From: a virus
Lineage: Duplodnaviria > Caudoviricetes
IMG/VR virus record: IMGVR_UViG_3300047480_000799
Span: 1 to 30,962 of that record
Reading direction: 5' to 3' (one strand)
Length of the DNA stretch: 30,962 nucleotides
The notes below the pieces were generated by a model. It had not been told where the DNA came from and did not search any database. It saw only the letters and a program-made list of their open reading frames with translations. Below, piece after piece: positions 8,830 through 17,463 of this stretch. Every line of letters begins with the position of its first letter. Within the stretch, counting starts at the first letter, position 1. Made by a program: the position numbers and the translations under genes.

Positions 8830-9528
8830 CTAATATTTCCCACTTTTACTCATATTGTCTTTTGCCCACAAGGGCTGTAGATTAGTATAATGAAAGCAGG
8901 TTTTTATTTCTTCGGGGTCTGTTAAGTCAAATGAGCAGCGTGGTTTAATATGGTCGATATGCCAACAGTCAGAATGATCACCATTGGGATTGCCATAATT
9001 TTCCCAAGTCATGCCGTCTAAAAACAAAGATTCTAAATAAAGTTTTAGCTCTGGCATGGAGCATCCTATTAACTCCATAGTTCGTTGAGATTTCGCGCCC
9101 AATAAAAAACCATAAATTCTCTGTCTCAAAGCTTTACGCAAACGAATTTGAGGATTTGACCTGTTCTTTCTTCGGTTATTTGCTAACCGAGACTTAACTG
9201 ATTCTTTATTGTTTTCATACCACTCTCTATTTTGAGCGTTTTTCTTTTCTTTGTTACGTTCAAACCAAGAGCGATGAGCCAACTTCTGCTTTTCTTTATT
9301 TGCATCTCTATACGATTGAAAGTAATCGGGATTAGCTTCCATCCATTTCTTCTTTTTTAATTGACAGCATTCTTTGCAAGAGTATTGGGTTTTATAAAAC
9401 TCACTAATGTCTTTTGCTTTTTTACAACTTGCACACCAACGACAATTATTTTGCATCAAAAATTCTTTCTCTTTTTTGTTGACAATCTGCCCCGATATTG
9501 TAAAACTTTCCTTGTCGAAGTAACTCAT
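8830..9528 (-). CDS. HNH homing endonuclease (Cys-rich N-terminus)
   Basis: WHIDHIKP...CFHYTNLQPLWAKDN HNH motif and CxxC pairs; start at 9528 is supported by GTGTAA 8 nt upstream. Confidence 0.85.
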   Translation of the reverse strand: MSYFDKESFTISGQIVNKKEKEFLMQNNCRWCASCKKAKDISEFYKTQYSCKECCQLKKKKWMEANPDYFQSYRDANKEKQKLAHRSWFERNKEKKNAQNREWYENNKESVKSRLANNRRKNRSNPQIRLRKALRQRIYGFLLGAKSQRTMELIGCSMPELKLYLESLFLDGMTWENYGNPNGDHSDCWHIDHIKPRCSFDLTDPEEIKTCFHYTNLQPLWAKDNMSKSGKY

Positions 9529-9570
9529 ACTTCTTATTACACTTAAAACACTAAAACTACTAACTATTCG

Positions 9571-10482
9571 ATGAAAATGTTTGAAAACATGATTGGTCAA
9601 CCTCACATCAAATCAACTCTTCAATTCTATGTTGAGGCTGCGCAAAACGGCGGTGTTATTCCTCCTGTGCTTTTGACTGGGGCGCGTGGACTTGGTAAGA
9701 CAGAATTTGCCAGAGAGTTCAGCAAACTTCTTAAAAAACCAATTTTGGAAATTAACTGCTCGACGATCAAAAACAATCGTCAATTCTTTGAGCAGATTTT
9801 CATCCCTATTGTCATGAACAATGACATTGTTTTGATTTTTGACGAATGCCACGCACTCCCCAAAGACTTGCAAAATGCGTTTCTGACAGTATTCAACGTG
9901 GAGAAAGGTTTCCGCAAGAACTTTGAATGGGACGGTAGCTCTATGGAGTTCGACTTCTCCCGCCAAAGCTATCTGTTCGCTACAACCGAACCAGACAAAA
10001 TCTTCGCTCCTCTGAAAGACCGCTTTGAAGAGATTGACTTCCGCCCCTACTCCTCCGATGAGATGGCGCAGATTCTCCAGAGCCGTGCTGACTGGGTAGA
10101 GTTTCAAGGTGACGTTATTGACGAGATTGTTCCAACACTTCGCGGCAATGCTCGTAGCGCAGTTAAACGTGCAAAACAAATCTGTCTCTACTGTGAGGGC
10201 AAAAACAATCATAAGTTCGGGCAAGACGAATGGAAAGAATTGTGCGATAAGCTTGGCATTACTGCTGATGGCTTGTCAAACTCTGAGATCCAGATTCTTT
10301 CTGTGCTTAAACAGCGCGGTCCTTGCACTTTGGCTATGTTGTCAGCGGCAACTGGTTTCTCAAGGACTGCATTGCAACGCGACATTGAGATGCACTTGCT
10401 GCGTAAAAATCTCATGCGCATCGAGGGCAAACGCGAAATCACAGGCGCAGGTATCAAAGCCCTAGAAAAACTTTCTGTGTAA
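9571..10482 (+). CDS. ruvB: RuvB-like Holliday junction branch-migration AAA+ ATPase
   Basis: F..MIGQ..IK start, Walker A GARGLGKT, Walker B LIFDECH, ATT....I.APLKDRF, RGNAR, and a C-terminal winged helix. Confidence 0.85.
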   Translation: MKMFENMIGQPHIKSTLQFYVEAAQNGGVIPPVLLTGARGLGKTEFAREFSKLLKKPILEINCSTIKNNRQFFEQIFIPIVMNNDIVLIFDECHALPKDLQNAFLTVFNVEKGFRKNFEWDGSSMEFDFSRQSYLFATTEPDKIFAPLKDRFEEIDFRPYSSDEMAQILQSRADWVEFQGDVIDEIVPTLRGNARSAVKRAKQICLYCEGKNNHKFGQDEWKELCDKLGITADGLSNSEIQILSVLKQRGPCTLAMLSAATGFSRTALQRDIEMHLLRKNLMRIEGKREITGAGIKALEKLSV

Positions 10483-10495
10483 TGGTGTAGTAAGC

Positions 10496-10523
10496 GAGGG
10501 AGCAGAGTGGTGTCTGCTCCCTC
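10496..10523 (+). terminator. Strong hairpin after ruvB (terminator or processing site)
   Basis: GAGGGAGCAGA-GTGGTG-TCTGCTCCCTC, perfect 11-bp stem; the U tract is not directly adjacent. Confidence 0.45.
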
Positions 10524-10557
10524 CAAACGCCAAATTCTTTTTAGACAAATAAACAAT

Positions 10558-10746
10558 ATGGAAATACATATTCCCGAATACATTCGTGAGACATTAAATA
10601 AAAGTCCGAACGCTAGTCCATCAAATAATATCATCGTCACGCAAATAGACGAAAAGATTTATTCGGCAAGGTGGAACCTACAACCCAATAGAATGGAACT
10701 CGACCAACTATGGGAAGTTAATTGCGAAAAAGAACTCGCGAAATAA
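10558..10746 (+). CDS. Hypothetical phage protein
   Basis: ATG at 10558 after an A-rich leader. Confidence 0.55.
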   Translation: MEIHIPEYIRETLNKSPNASPSNNIIVTQIDEKIYSARWNLQPNRMELDQLWEVNCEKELAK

Positions 10747-10754
10747 CAAATAAA

Positions 10755-10828
10755 GCGCTTGTAACTTAGCGGTCTAAAGTATTCGACTCATAATCGAGGA
10801 ATCACTGGTTCGAATCCAGTCGGGCGCA
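10755..10828 (+). tRNA. tRNA with CAT anticodon (elongator Met or Ile2)
   Basis: Full cloverleaf, TTCGA-CTCATAA-TCGAG, GGTTCGAATCC; G1-C72 paired; no encoded CCA. Confidence 0.88.
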
Positions 10829-10835
10829 CTTTTTA

Positions 10836-10926
10836 GGGGAAATGGCAGAGTGGTCTAATGCGCTCGACTTGAAATCGAGAGTGGGTTAAAAGCTCACCGT
10901 GGGTTCGAATCCTACTTTCCCCGCCA
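10836..10926 (+). tRNA. tRNA-Ser(TGA)
   Basis: GGGGAAA/TTTCCCC acceptor, CTCGA-CTTGAAA-TCGAG, long variable arm, G73, CCA. Confidence 0.93.
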
Positions 10927-10942
10927 ACCAAATCAAACAAAC

Positions 10943-11016
10943 TTTTCTGTAGCTTAATGGGACAAAGCGACTGTAGTAATATTCAGTAGATGTAGGTTCG
11001 AATCCTACCAGAAAAA
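10943..11016 (+). tRNA. Pseudo-tRNA / tRNA with non-canonical anticodon loop
   Basis: Acceptor TTTTCTG/CAGAAAA, D-arm and T-arm intact; anticodon arm ACTG-TAGTAATATT-CAGT has no standard 7-nt loop; ends CCT, not CCA. Confidence 0.65.
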
Positions 11017-11028
11017 CCTCAAATAAAT

Positions 11029-11106
11029 GAGGGGGTATCGGAACTGCCTTCTAAGCAGTAGCACCGTAAGGGATCAATGCTGGTTCGAATCCAGTTCCCC
11101 TCACCA
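11029..11106 (+). tRNA. D-armless tRNA-Arg(TCT)-like RNA
   Basis: GAGGGGG/TCCCCTC acceptor + A + CCA; ACTGC-CTTCTAA-GCAGT; canonical T-arm; only 7 nt in place of the D-arm; 19-nt variable region. Confidence 0.8.
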
Positions 11107-11178
11107 ATTTTTAATCAAAAAAAAAATGTTGACAACTTCCCGAAATTTGCTACATTTCTCCCGCACCCAATTACTGCT

Positions 11179-11718
11179 ATGACTAACGAAGACCTTATCC
11201 AAATCGAACAAAGCCTCGACAACGCCGCCAATGAACTGCTTGATGCCGTCTACGCATCAAAAGAACTGCGCGAACAATACGAACAGTTTTCGGCTCATTT
11301 GAATCTCGCGATTCACAGTGCGTCTTTGCCCGTAAAGCAGAAAACAAAAAAAGAAATTCTGGAAGAAGCTTTTCAATACTACGCCGCCGATCCTTCTCGC
11401 AGAGCAACTAACGCAGAGGGCAGTTGCAGATACCTTATGGAAGACGGTCGCAAATGTGCCGTTGGTCACTGCTTAATCGAAGGAAAGAAAATTTGCTTTG
11501 GCGGTATGCAAAAAGACCCTATCTTTGCAGAGATTCAAGCGAATCAAATCGACAATCTCGACTCTCATTTGTTGCCAGAGTATCGGGGACATAGTGTTGA
11601 TTTCTGGCAAGAGCTTCAATACTGGCACGATAACTGTCTGAACTTTACAGAAACAGGCTTATCTGAAGAGGGGCAACATAGAGCAAACAATCTTTTGGAA
11701 AGATTTGCTGACAAATAA
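11179..11718 (+). CDS. Hypothetical phage protein (C.Y...DGRKCAVGHCL motif)
   Basis: Start reassigned to MTNEDL behind TTGACA at 11129; conserved-looking CRY..DG.KCAVG and LQ..HD motifs. Confidence 0.7.
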   Translation: MTNEDLIQIEQSLDNAANELLDAVYASKELREQYEQFSAHLNLAIHSASLPVKQKTKKEILEEAFQYYAADPSRRATNAEGSCRYLMEDGRKCAVGHCLIEGKKICFGGMQKDPIFAEIQANQIDNLDSHLLPEYRGHSVDFWQELQYWHDNCLNFTETGLSEEGQHRANNLLERFADK

Positions 11719-11763
11719 CTTGACACAATCCCCAAAACAAACAACAATACTTCCTCACCTCTT

Positions 11764-12021
11764 ATGATTACATCAGAACAACTACTAGAAAATCGCAGCA
11801 TCACAGAACCCACGGTCGCAACCCTCATCTTGGAAGTGCCATGGAATGAAACATCGTTCGGAAACATTCAGCGTATTCTTGCTGATACCGTAGAAAATGA
11901 AGTCTTCGATAACGTGGACATTCTCGACTATGAGCCAATCTCATACGACAGCGAAAAACAAACCTTTCAAATCAAATACACTCTTGGGGTAATTGACCTA
12001 CTGGAAACCATCGGAGCATAA
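11764..12021 (+). CDS. Hypothetical acidic protein
   Basis: Behind TTGACA at about 11720. Confidence 0.65.
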   Translation: MITSEQLLENRSITEPTVATLILEVPWNETSFGNIQRILADTVENEVFDNVDILDYEPISYDSEKQTFQIKYTLGVIDLLETIGA

Positions 12022-12039
12022 TTCTAACACCAAAACAAA

Positions 12040-12180
12040 ATGAAACAAATAAAACAATTGTTCTTTCGTATCTTCTCCCGCCGCAAGCCTGTCTATGGCG
12101 CGAAAATCTTTCAACAGCGTAGCTGGCTGGCTAAAAAAGTCGATGACGCTTTGTGGGATCGCTATCACAACGTCAATTAA
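12040..12180 (+). CDS. 46-aa hypothetical protein
   Basis: Translated by hand (MKQIKQLFFRIFSRRK...); fills the gap between neighbours. Confidence 0.5.
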   Translation: MKQIKQLFFRIFSRRKPVYGAKIFQQRSWLAKKVDDALWDRYHNVN

Positions 12181-12265
12181 AAATACAAAAAAACACCTTG
12201 ACAAACGCCACAAAAAATCCTACATTTCTCCCGCCCCCCACTACTACTACTAACTAACTACTACT

Positions 12266-12763
12266 ATGCCCAATTACTGTTTCAACAAACTAACCGTAAC
12301 AAACTCCACTCCAAAACTCGAAGCCTTTCTTAAAGAGCATGGCTTGTCGTTCGAGGCTATCGTCAAACCAGAGCGTCCTGAGAATGATGAAAATGGTTTT
12401 GCTACTATTGGTGCACAAACTTCTGCTTGGGGAACTAAGTGGGATTTGACTGAGGAAGAAGCAAAAGAAACTGCCGAATCTCTTTTGAATGGTGGCTCAT
12501 GCTTTTTTGATACTGCATGGTCGCCGCCTAGTGAGGCTATTCGCGCACTGAGTGAGTTGACAGGCGCATCGTTTCTTCTTGCTTACTTTGAGCCAGGATG
12601 CTGGTTCTGGGGCGCAGAGGTTATGGAAGATGGCTGCATCGCAACCGAGTTCGATGGCAATGAGACTAAAGAACAGCTCAAAGAGTTTCTAGTAGAATAC
12701 ATGGACTACGATGAGGAAGATGCGAACGAACACGCTGGCTTAAACGAAGAAGACGACGAGTAA
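12266..12763 (+). CDS. YubB/DUF1281-like ferredoxin-like fold protein
   Basis: MPNYCFN, WGTKWD, FDTAWSPP and YFEPG signature motifs. Confidence 0.8.
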   Translation: MPNYCFNKLTVTNSTPKLEAFLKEHGLSFEAIVKPERPENDENGFATIGAQTSAWGTKWDLTEEEAKETAESLLNGGSCFFDTAWSPPSEAIRALSELTGASFLLAYFEPGCWFWGAEVMEDGCIATEFDGNETKEQLKEFLVEYMDYDEEDANEHAGLNEEDDE

Positions 12764-12797
12764 ATCAGCAAACTCCAAATAAGATAACGACAAATAA

Positions 12798-12826
12798 GCG
12801 CACTGGGAAACTGGTGCGTTTTTTTT
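12798..12826 (+). terminator. Rho-independent terminator ending the + strand block
   Basis: GCGCACTGG-GAAA-CTGGTGCGT followed by a T run. Confidence 0.8.
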
Positions 12827-12932
12827 ATTATGCCCCCGATTTAATCAAATAAGGCTAAATAAGGAATGAATGTGCCTAAATAAGCGATAGGAAGTAATTT
12901 ATGACGTATTGCGTATTGAATAGAGACATGAA

Positions 12933-13111
12933 TAAACTGTTGGAAATCAAGCACTTACAGCAAAATGACCCCTACGGGGTCTGATCCGTGTAAGTCGTTC
13001 ATTATCAACAACTTATAACAAGCAATCGTAAACCTTTGAGTTTCAACAACTTACAGCGAAACGACCCCGTAGGGGTCGCGTGGGTGTAAGTCGTTGATTA
13101 TCAACAACTTA
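12933..13111. repeat. 83-bp symmetric element, copies 1-2 (tandem, 96-bp period)
   Basis: 12933-13015 (loop TAC) and 13029-13111 (loop GTA). Confidence 0.95.
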
Positions 13112-13123
13112 CGAAGACGATTT

Positions 13124-13150
13124 GCCCTACCCCCCGCTAAGGGGTAGGGC
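13124..13150 (-). terminator. Hairpin ending the - strand block
   Basis: GCCCTACCCC-N7-GGGGTAGGGC, perfect 10-bp stem just past the stop at 13162. Confidence 0.55.
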
Positions 13151-13161
13151 GTGCCATGTCA

Positions 13162-13422
13162 TCACTTACCGTTAGAAAGGTCTAGCATGTCTTCAGCCAA
13201 GATTGAGATGAGTTCTTCAGTGTATGTGTAGGGATCATCGCCGCAGCTTTCAGCGTGTTTTTCAATCGCATCCCATAGCATAATGCGGGGGCGGTTCTCG
13301 TCGTCCTCGTCAACCAAGGCGCAGCAGAGTTGGTCTGCCGTTAAATCGGGAACTTGTGAAAGAAAGTGTCCAGCGGCACGGAGATAGATAGCGGCATTTT
13401 TCGGGTCGTTTAGGTCTGTCAT
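13162..13422 (-). CDS. Hypothetical acidic protein
   Basis: Own TTGACC promoter immediately upstream. Confidence 0.7.
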   Translation of the reverse strand: MTDLNDPKNAAIYLRAAGHFLSQVPDLTADQLCCALVDEDDENRPRIMLWDAIEKHAESCGDDPYTYTEELISILAEDMLDLSNGK

Positions 13423-13462
13423 ATCGGGGAAAGGTTAGTTGTTTTGAGAGAGTGGTCAAGGT

Positions 13463-13522
13463 TTATTTTAACGCAATTAAAAACAACAGCAGCGCGAGTA
13501 GTAAGATTTGCCAAATGGTCAT
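13463..13522 (-). CDS. 19-aa hydrophobic peptide
   Basis: MTIWQILLLALLLFLIALK, starting 6 nt after the GP88 stop. Confidence 0.5.
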   Translation of the reverse strand: MTIWQILLLALLLFLIALK

Positions 13523-13528
13523 GCTGGT

Positions 13529-14248
13529 TCAATCACAAAGTCCGAAGAATTTTTGAGACTCTACAACAAAACCCGAAGAATCTTTTTTCGCTTTGCCTTT
13601 TTCGACAAGTCCGACGATGACGTTTTGAGGGTCAAGAAAGCGGAGGTCACTTTCGTCACCGCTAACGACACGATACCCTTTCCACGTTGGAGGAAGCGAG
13701 CCACGGAAAACCACGGCGACATTTCCGCCACTGGCAAGAACAGCATCGACAAGTTTTTCGTTAGACTCAGAACGGGAGAATGTCAGATCATAGTTCGATG
13801 GCAATTTTTCATCAAGAAAAGCAGTCATTCGAGATACGCTTTTTGTGTAGTCGTAGAATTGAACGTCAGGGAACAAATCAAAAACAGTTTTGCCGTTCAG
13901 TGTGATTTTTTCCCAAGGTAGATCGCTTGTCAGATTCAAACGAAAGCAGGGAGTAAGTTTTTTCTTTTCTGCCGATTTCACAGCAGCAGCGATTTCTTTC
14001 ACAAGTTGAGCCATGAATAAAGCCTTGTCTTGAAAGAAGAATTTTGTTTTTGCGATACGTGCAGCTTGCACAGTGGAGAAAACGCCATGCCCAGCGGTAT
14101 TGAGACAAGCAGCAGCACAGCCAGTGCTAGCGTTTTGACAAGTATTGAAGCCCGACAAGTTAGAAGGCGCGAGGTGAACGCCGAACGTCTGGAAGCCAAG
14201 AGCTTCTCCTTTTTTGATTTTGGTATTTGATGTAGTTAGCAATTTCAT
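13529..14248 (-). CDS. Gene product 88 (GP88) family protein, paralogue 1
   Basis: C..AS.GCAAACL Cys cluster, RLNLTSDLPWE, FYDYTK, NY.LTFSRSE, GD.SDLRFLD. Confidence 0.8.
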   Translation of the reverse strand: MKLLTTSNTKIKKGEALGFQTFGVHLAPSNLSGFNTCQNASTGCAAACLNTAGHGVFSTVQAARIAKTKFFFQDKALFMAQLVKEIAAAVKSAEKKKLTPCFRLNLTSDLPWEKITLNGKTVFDLFPDVQFYDYTKSVSRMTAFLDEKLPSNYDLTFSRSESNEKLVDAVLASGGNVAVVFRGSLPPTWKGYRVVSGDESDLRFLDPQNVIVGLVEKGKAKKDSSGFVVESQKFFGLCD

Positions 14249-14289
14249 GCGGAGAAAAGTTAGTTGTTTCGGGGGGAGTTGTCAAGAAT

Positions 14290-14649
14290 TTACCACCAAG
14301 AATAGTAAAAAACTTTCTTGCCCTCCTTGATAGCTTGGCGAGCCACAACAATAAAGTCGAGAGTTTGTTTTTTGTAGTAGTCATCGCCGCGAGAATCCGA
14401 GCCGAAAAAGAAGCCTTTTGTTTCTGGCAATTCATCAGCAAGAACAGCTTGCTCCAAGCGTTCAAGATGTTTTGCGTTCAATTGCAAAGGAATGCAGTTG
14501 AAAGATGGATCATCTTTATGGCGGCGAGGGCAACCCCTTTCTTCCCATAGCTTTTCCATCCAACCATGAAGCGCGTTATGTTTGCGCCAATAACCTATTT
14601 CTTGTTTTTCTTTTCCTTGCTTTGCGTAGAGATACATGTCCAGTCCCAT
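14290..14649 (-). CDS. Conserved phage protein (MGLDMYL...YWRKHNALHGW type)
   Basis: Motifs MGLDMYL, YWRK.N..HGW, LP.T.GFFFG and YYSWW; function unknown. Confidence 0.75.
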   Translation of the reverse strand: MGLDMYLYAKQGKEKQEIGYWRKHNALHGWMEKLWEERGCPRRHKDDPSFNCIPLQLNAKHLERLEQAVLADELPETKGFFFGSDSRGDDYYKKQTLDFIVVARQAIKEGKKVFYYSWW

Positions 14650-14788
14650 AGTAGTAGTGAGGTGATAGTTAGTTGTGAAGTGCGCCAATCATCGGCGACA
14701 CGCAAAAGATAGCATTTCGGCGGGAATTGTCAATATGTTTTTTGTATTTTTTCACAATTATTTTTGTGCGATTGTGCGAAAAAAGTTC

Positions 14789-14928
14789 TTGACAGACTCT
14801 AACGAAAAACCTCTAACAGATTTTTACCTACGGCAGCAATCGCCATAAACCGTTGGTTTTCAACAACTTACAGCAAAATGACCCCTTCGGGGTCGCGTCG
14901 ATGTAAGTCGTTGATTTTCAACAACTTA
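14789..14928. repeat. 83-bp element copy 3 with upstream TTGACA block
   Basis: Core 14846-14928 (loop TTC); TTGACA 57 bp before the core. Confidence 0.95.
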
Positions 14929-15001
14929 TGAGAATCCCCCACTAGAAGTAAGCTGTTTCCAGTCGGGGCATGGAGGCCCTTGTCCTTCTAGCGAGGGAAA
15001 A

Positions 15002-15139
15002 CTATTTCTTTTGTTCTTCGTCTATTTGTTTCTTACCATCACGACGAACAAGTTTGTTTTGTGCGCGTTTTCTGTCGCGTAGGTGTTTCCACCACTCGAC
15101 AGTTTTCACAGATCCTTTTGATTTACTTGATGAAGCCAT
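15002..15139 (-). CDS. 45-aa basic protein
   Basis: Translated by hand (MASSSKSKGSVKTVEWWKHLR...). Confidence 0.5.
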   Translation of the reverse strand: MASSSKSKGSVKTVEWWKHLRDRKRAQNKLVRRDGKKQIDEEQKK

Positions 15140-15350
15140 GAAAGCGTTTTTGATATTCTTCCCATTTCTGATGAAAAAGATTGTTTTCTTCTCCGTTTAA
15201 CGGTTCCACATTGTCAGGGTTCCACTTGCTACGCATCCAGCGAGAGTTAAATCCACTATCCATGCAAGAAGTCCAAAAGACTTTGTGTTGATTCCCGTCT
15301 TTCTCGACAATAGTTGAACGGTTAGATTTGAGTCTGTAAAGTTGTTTCAT
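15123..15350 (-). CDS. Hypothetical phage protein
   Basis: Co-oriented ORF, ATGA overlap with the upstream small ORF. Confidence 0.6.
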   Translation of the reverse strand: MKQLYRLKSNRSTIVEKDGNQHKVFWTSCMDSGFNSRWMRSKWNPDNVEPLNGEENNLFHQKWEEYQKRFHGFIK

Positions 15351-15481
15351 TTTCTACAAGCTTTTTTGTTTGATTCTTTCTTGCGGTCTTTGAATGAGAA
15401 GCAAGGCGGGGCGACAGGATGACGGACTAGGTTGCGCATGTCAAGAGAATTTTGCGCAAGTTGTTTCTTTTTTGTTTTCAT
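15347..15481 (-). CDS. 44-aa basic protein
   Basis: Translated by hand (MKTKKKQLAQ...); ATGA overlaps at both ends. Confidence 0.55.
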   Translation of the reverse strand: MKTKKKQLAQNSLDMRNLVRHPVAPPCFSFKDRKKESNKKACRK

Positions 15482-15828
15482 GCATAAATGTATTTTGGAA
15501 GTGGAATGCGAGTTCTAGCAGGGATACCCATTTCTTTACACACAGCGGCGAAATCTTCTCCATGTAAAATGCGGCGACCGTTCTTTCTCAGAAAGCGATT
15601 GCCATTCCGCTTGAACTGAATGAAGTGCGCAATCTCATGCTTCAAGACCTCATCGAATAGCTTGAATGAAACAAGAATAATTTTGTTGAGTTTGATTTTG
15701 TCTTGCGATACGTAGGCAAGACCGAGAAAGTTTTGTCCGTTCATCCATTCGATTTTGAGGTGAGACATTCCCCACTGTTTCAAGGTCATGCGGATGTATT
15801 GAGTGATTTCTGTAGTGGTGGCAAACAT
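15478..15828 (-). CDS. SprT-like zinc metalloprotease domain protein
   Basis: VLKHEIAH (HExxH) followed by HGEDF...C..MG. Confidence 0.8.
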   Translation of the reverse strand: MFATTTEITQYIRMTLKQWGMSHLKIEWMNGQNFLGLAYVSQDKIKLNKIILVSFKLFDEVLKHEIAHFIQFKRNGNRFLRKNGRRILHGEDFAAVCKEMGIPARTRIPLPKYIYA

Positions 15829-15876
15829 GGCGGCGAAAGTATTATGTTTTTCGGGGGGAGTGTCAAGAATTTTTAA

Positions 15877-16233
15877 TCAACGAGCAGCAAAAACTTTTTT
15901 ACCATTTAAGATCACTTCTTCTGCGAGAAAGATGTCTGAACCTTGGCACTGAAACCGATCTGCCTCATAAGGATTGTATCTAACAGAAAGAAAAGGCTTG
16001 TTAGACTGAATGCCAGAAACTAACGTGCCAATGATGAATGCGTGAACATTCTTTCTTTTTTGTTTAAGAACACGCTGGCGACCCGCTTCTGATACTTTGA
16101 ACTGCACGTTTCTAACGTAAGCATCTTCCAGATGCGCAACGACTTTCCAACGCCCATTTACTTTTGTCTGAACAGACAGCTTTTTCTTGTGGAGATTGAA
16201 ATAGATGCGAACGATTTGATTTAGTGGCAACAT
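15877..16233 (-). CDS. Conserved phage protein (YFNLHK...GRQRVL...KNVHAF)
   Basis: Recognisable motif set of a widespread phage hypothetical protein; start behind its own TTGACA. Confidence 0.75.
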   Translation of the reverse strand: MLPLNQIVRIYFNLHKKKLSVQTKVNGRWKVVAHLEDAYVRNVQFKVSEAGRQRVLKQKRKNVHAFIIGTLVSGIQSNKPFLSVRYNPYEADRFQCQGSDIFLAEEVILNGKKVFAAR

Positions 16234-16374
16234 GGCGAGAGAAAAATGCACTTTCTGCGGCTATTTGTCAACAAGTTTCTGCAAATAAAAATCAAATAAA
16301 TAGTAAATAAATAGTAAATAAATAACCGTTAAATAACCGTGCGGGGGGATTTGGGAGTAAATTTTGAATCTTCA

Positions 16375-16649
16375 TAAACCGTTGAGTATCAACGACTTAC
16401 GCCAAAACGACCCCTACGGGGTCTGATCCGTGTAAGTGCTTGATTATCAACAACTTATGACGAAGAGTCGTAAGCCGTTGAGTATCAACGACTTACGCCA
16501 AAACGACCCCTACGGGGTCTGATCCGTGTAAGTGCTTGATTATCAACAACTTATGACGAAGAGTCGTAAGCCGTTGAGTTTCAACAACTTACGGCAAAAC
16601 GACCCCGTAGGGGTCGCATCGGTGTAAGTCGTTCATTATCAACAACTTA
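16375..16649. repeat. 83-bp element copies 4-6 (tandem, 96-bp period)
   Basis: 16375, 16471 (loops TAC) and 16567 (loop GTA); identical 13-bp linkers TGACGAAGAGTCG. Confidence 0.95.
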
Positions 16650-16753
16650 CGACGATTGGCTTTGTGCGATTATGTCAAGACTTTTTTTTGAAAATGTTGG
16701 GGAGCGGCTAAACCAAAAACCGCTCCCCTTGTATGTCAACCACCGAAAAATTG

Positions 16754-16984
16754 TTAGACTTCGAAACCCTCCTCTTCTAACAGTTCTATCACAGCATCTT
16801 GCGCGATGCTGTAAAGTTCAGAAACGAGAGCGTTTTCCTCTCCCTCTTCTTCAATGTATTCTTCCATCTCATCAAGACCATACATGACGCAGGGAAGATC
16901 GGGCAAGTCAGAGAGGCAAAGACCCGACAAGTCGATGCAAGCGGCGTTCATGATAGTGAGGCATTTTTTACGTGTGTTATTCAT
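16754..16984 (-). CDS. Hypothetical acidic protein
   Basis: Own TTGACA promoter, 38 nt from -35 start to ATG. Confidence 0.7.
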   Translation of the reverse strand: MNNTRKKCLTIMNAACIDLSGLCLSDLPDLPCVMYGLDEMEEYIEEEGEENALVSELYSIAQDAVIELLEEEGFEV

Positions 16985-16996
16985 GGCAAGAAAATG

Positions 16997-17230
16997 TTAG
17001 TTGTTTTGAGGTGAGTTGTCAACAAGTTTTTTGACATATTGTTTTGTGGCTTGATGCGCGGCAGAACTTAAACAGCAATCGACATTAAAAAAACGGTTTT
17101 TGTAATTCAAATTGGCGTAGCAGATAAATTTTTCGCTTTCTGTTCCAAAATTTTCAGCGAGCAAAACACAGTTTTCGGCGTGGCAATTGTTTTCTTCGTT
17201 TTGCAAGTATTCTTTTAAGAGTTTGTTCAT
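16997..17230 (-). CDS. Hypothetical phage protein
   Basis: Own TTGACA promoter, 38 nt from -35 start to ATG. Confidence 0.7.
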   Translation of the reverse strand: MNKLLKEYLQNEENNCHAENCVLLAENFGTESEKFICYANLNYKNRFFNVDCCLSSAAHQATKQYVKKLVDNSPQNN

Positions 17231-17271
17231 GGCGGCGATATGTTAGTTGTTTTGGGGCAGATTGTCAAGAT

Positions 17272-17463
17272 TTATTTTGCTTCAATCACTCGCATTTCAT
17301 CGCTGCGTAATGCGTGACCGTAGAACATACGCAGCATTTTACACGCTTCCTCTTGCGTATCGTATTGATACGGTGCAGACGATGGAGTTTGACGGATTGA
17401 CTTCCAGATTTTTTTTGTGGGGTCTTGCGGGTCTTGGATTTTTATTTGCATTTCATATTTCAT
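17272..17463 (-). CDS. Hypothetical phage protein
   Basis: TTGCGC-type promoter directly upstream. Confidence 0.7.
   Translation of the reverse strand: MKYEMQIKIQDPQDPTKKIWKSIRQTPSSAPYQYDTQEEACKMLRMFYGHALRSDEMRVIEAK

Noticed and set aside
9613-10640. Minus-strand ORFs of 203 and 143 aa
   Set aside because: Antisense shadows of ruvB with no motifs.
11077-11178. N-terminal extension of the 213-aa ORF
   Set aside because: Overlaps the tRNA-Arg-like gene and the TTGACA promoter.
16375-16649. CRISPR array
   Set aside because: The repeat is 83 bp, the linkers are 13 bp and identical, there are no unique spacers and no cas genes.
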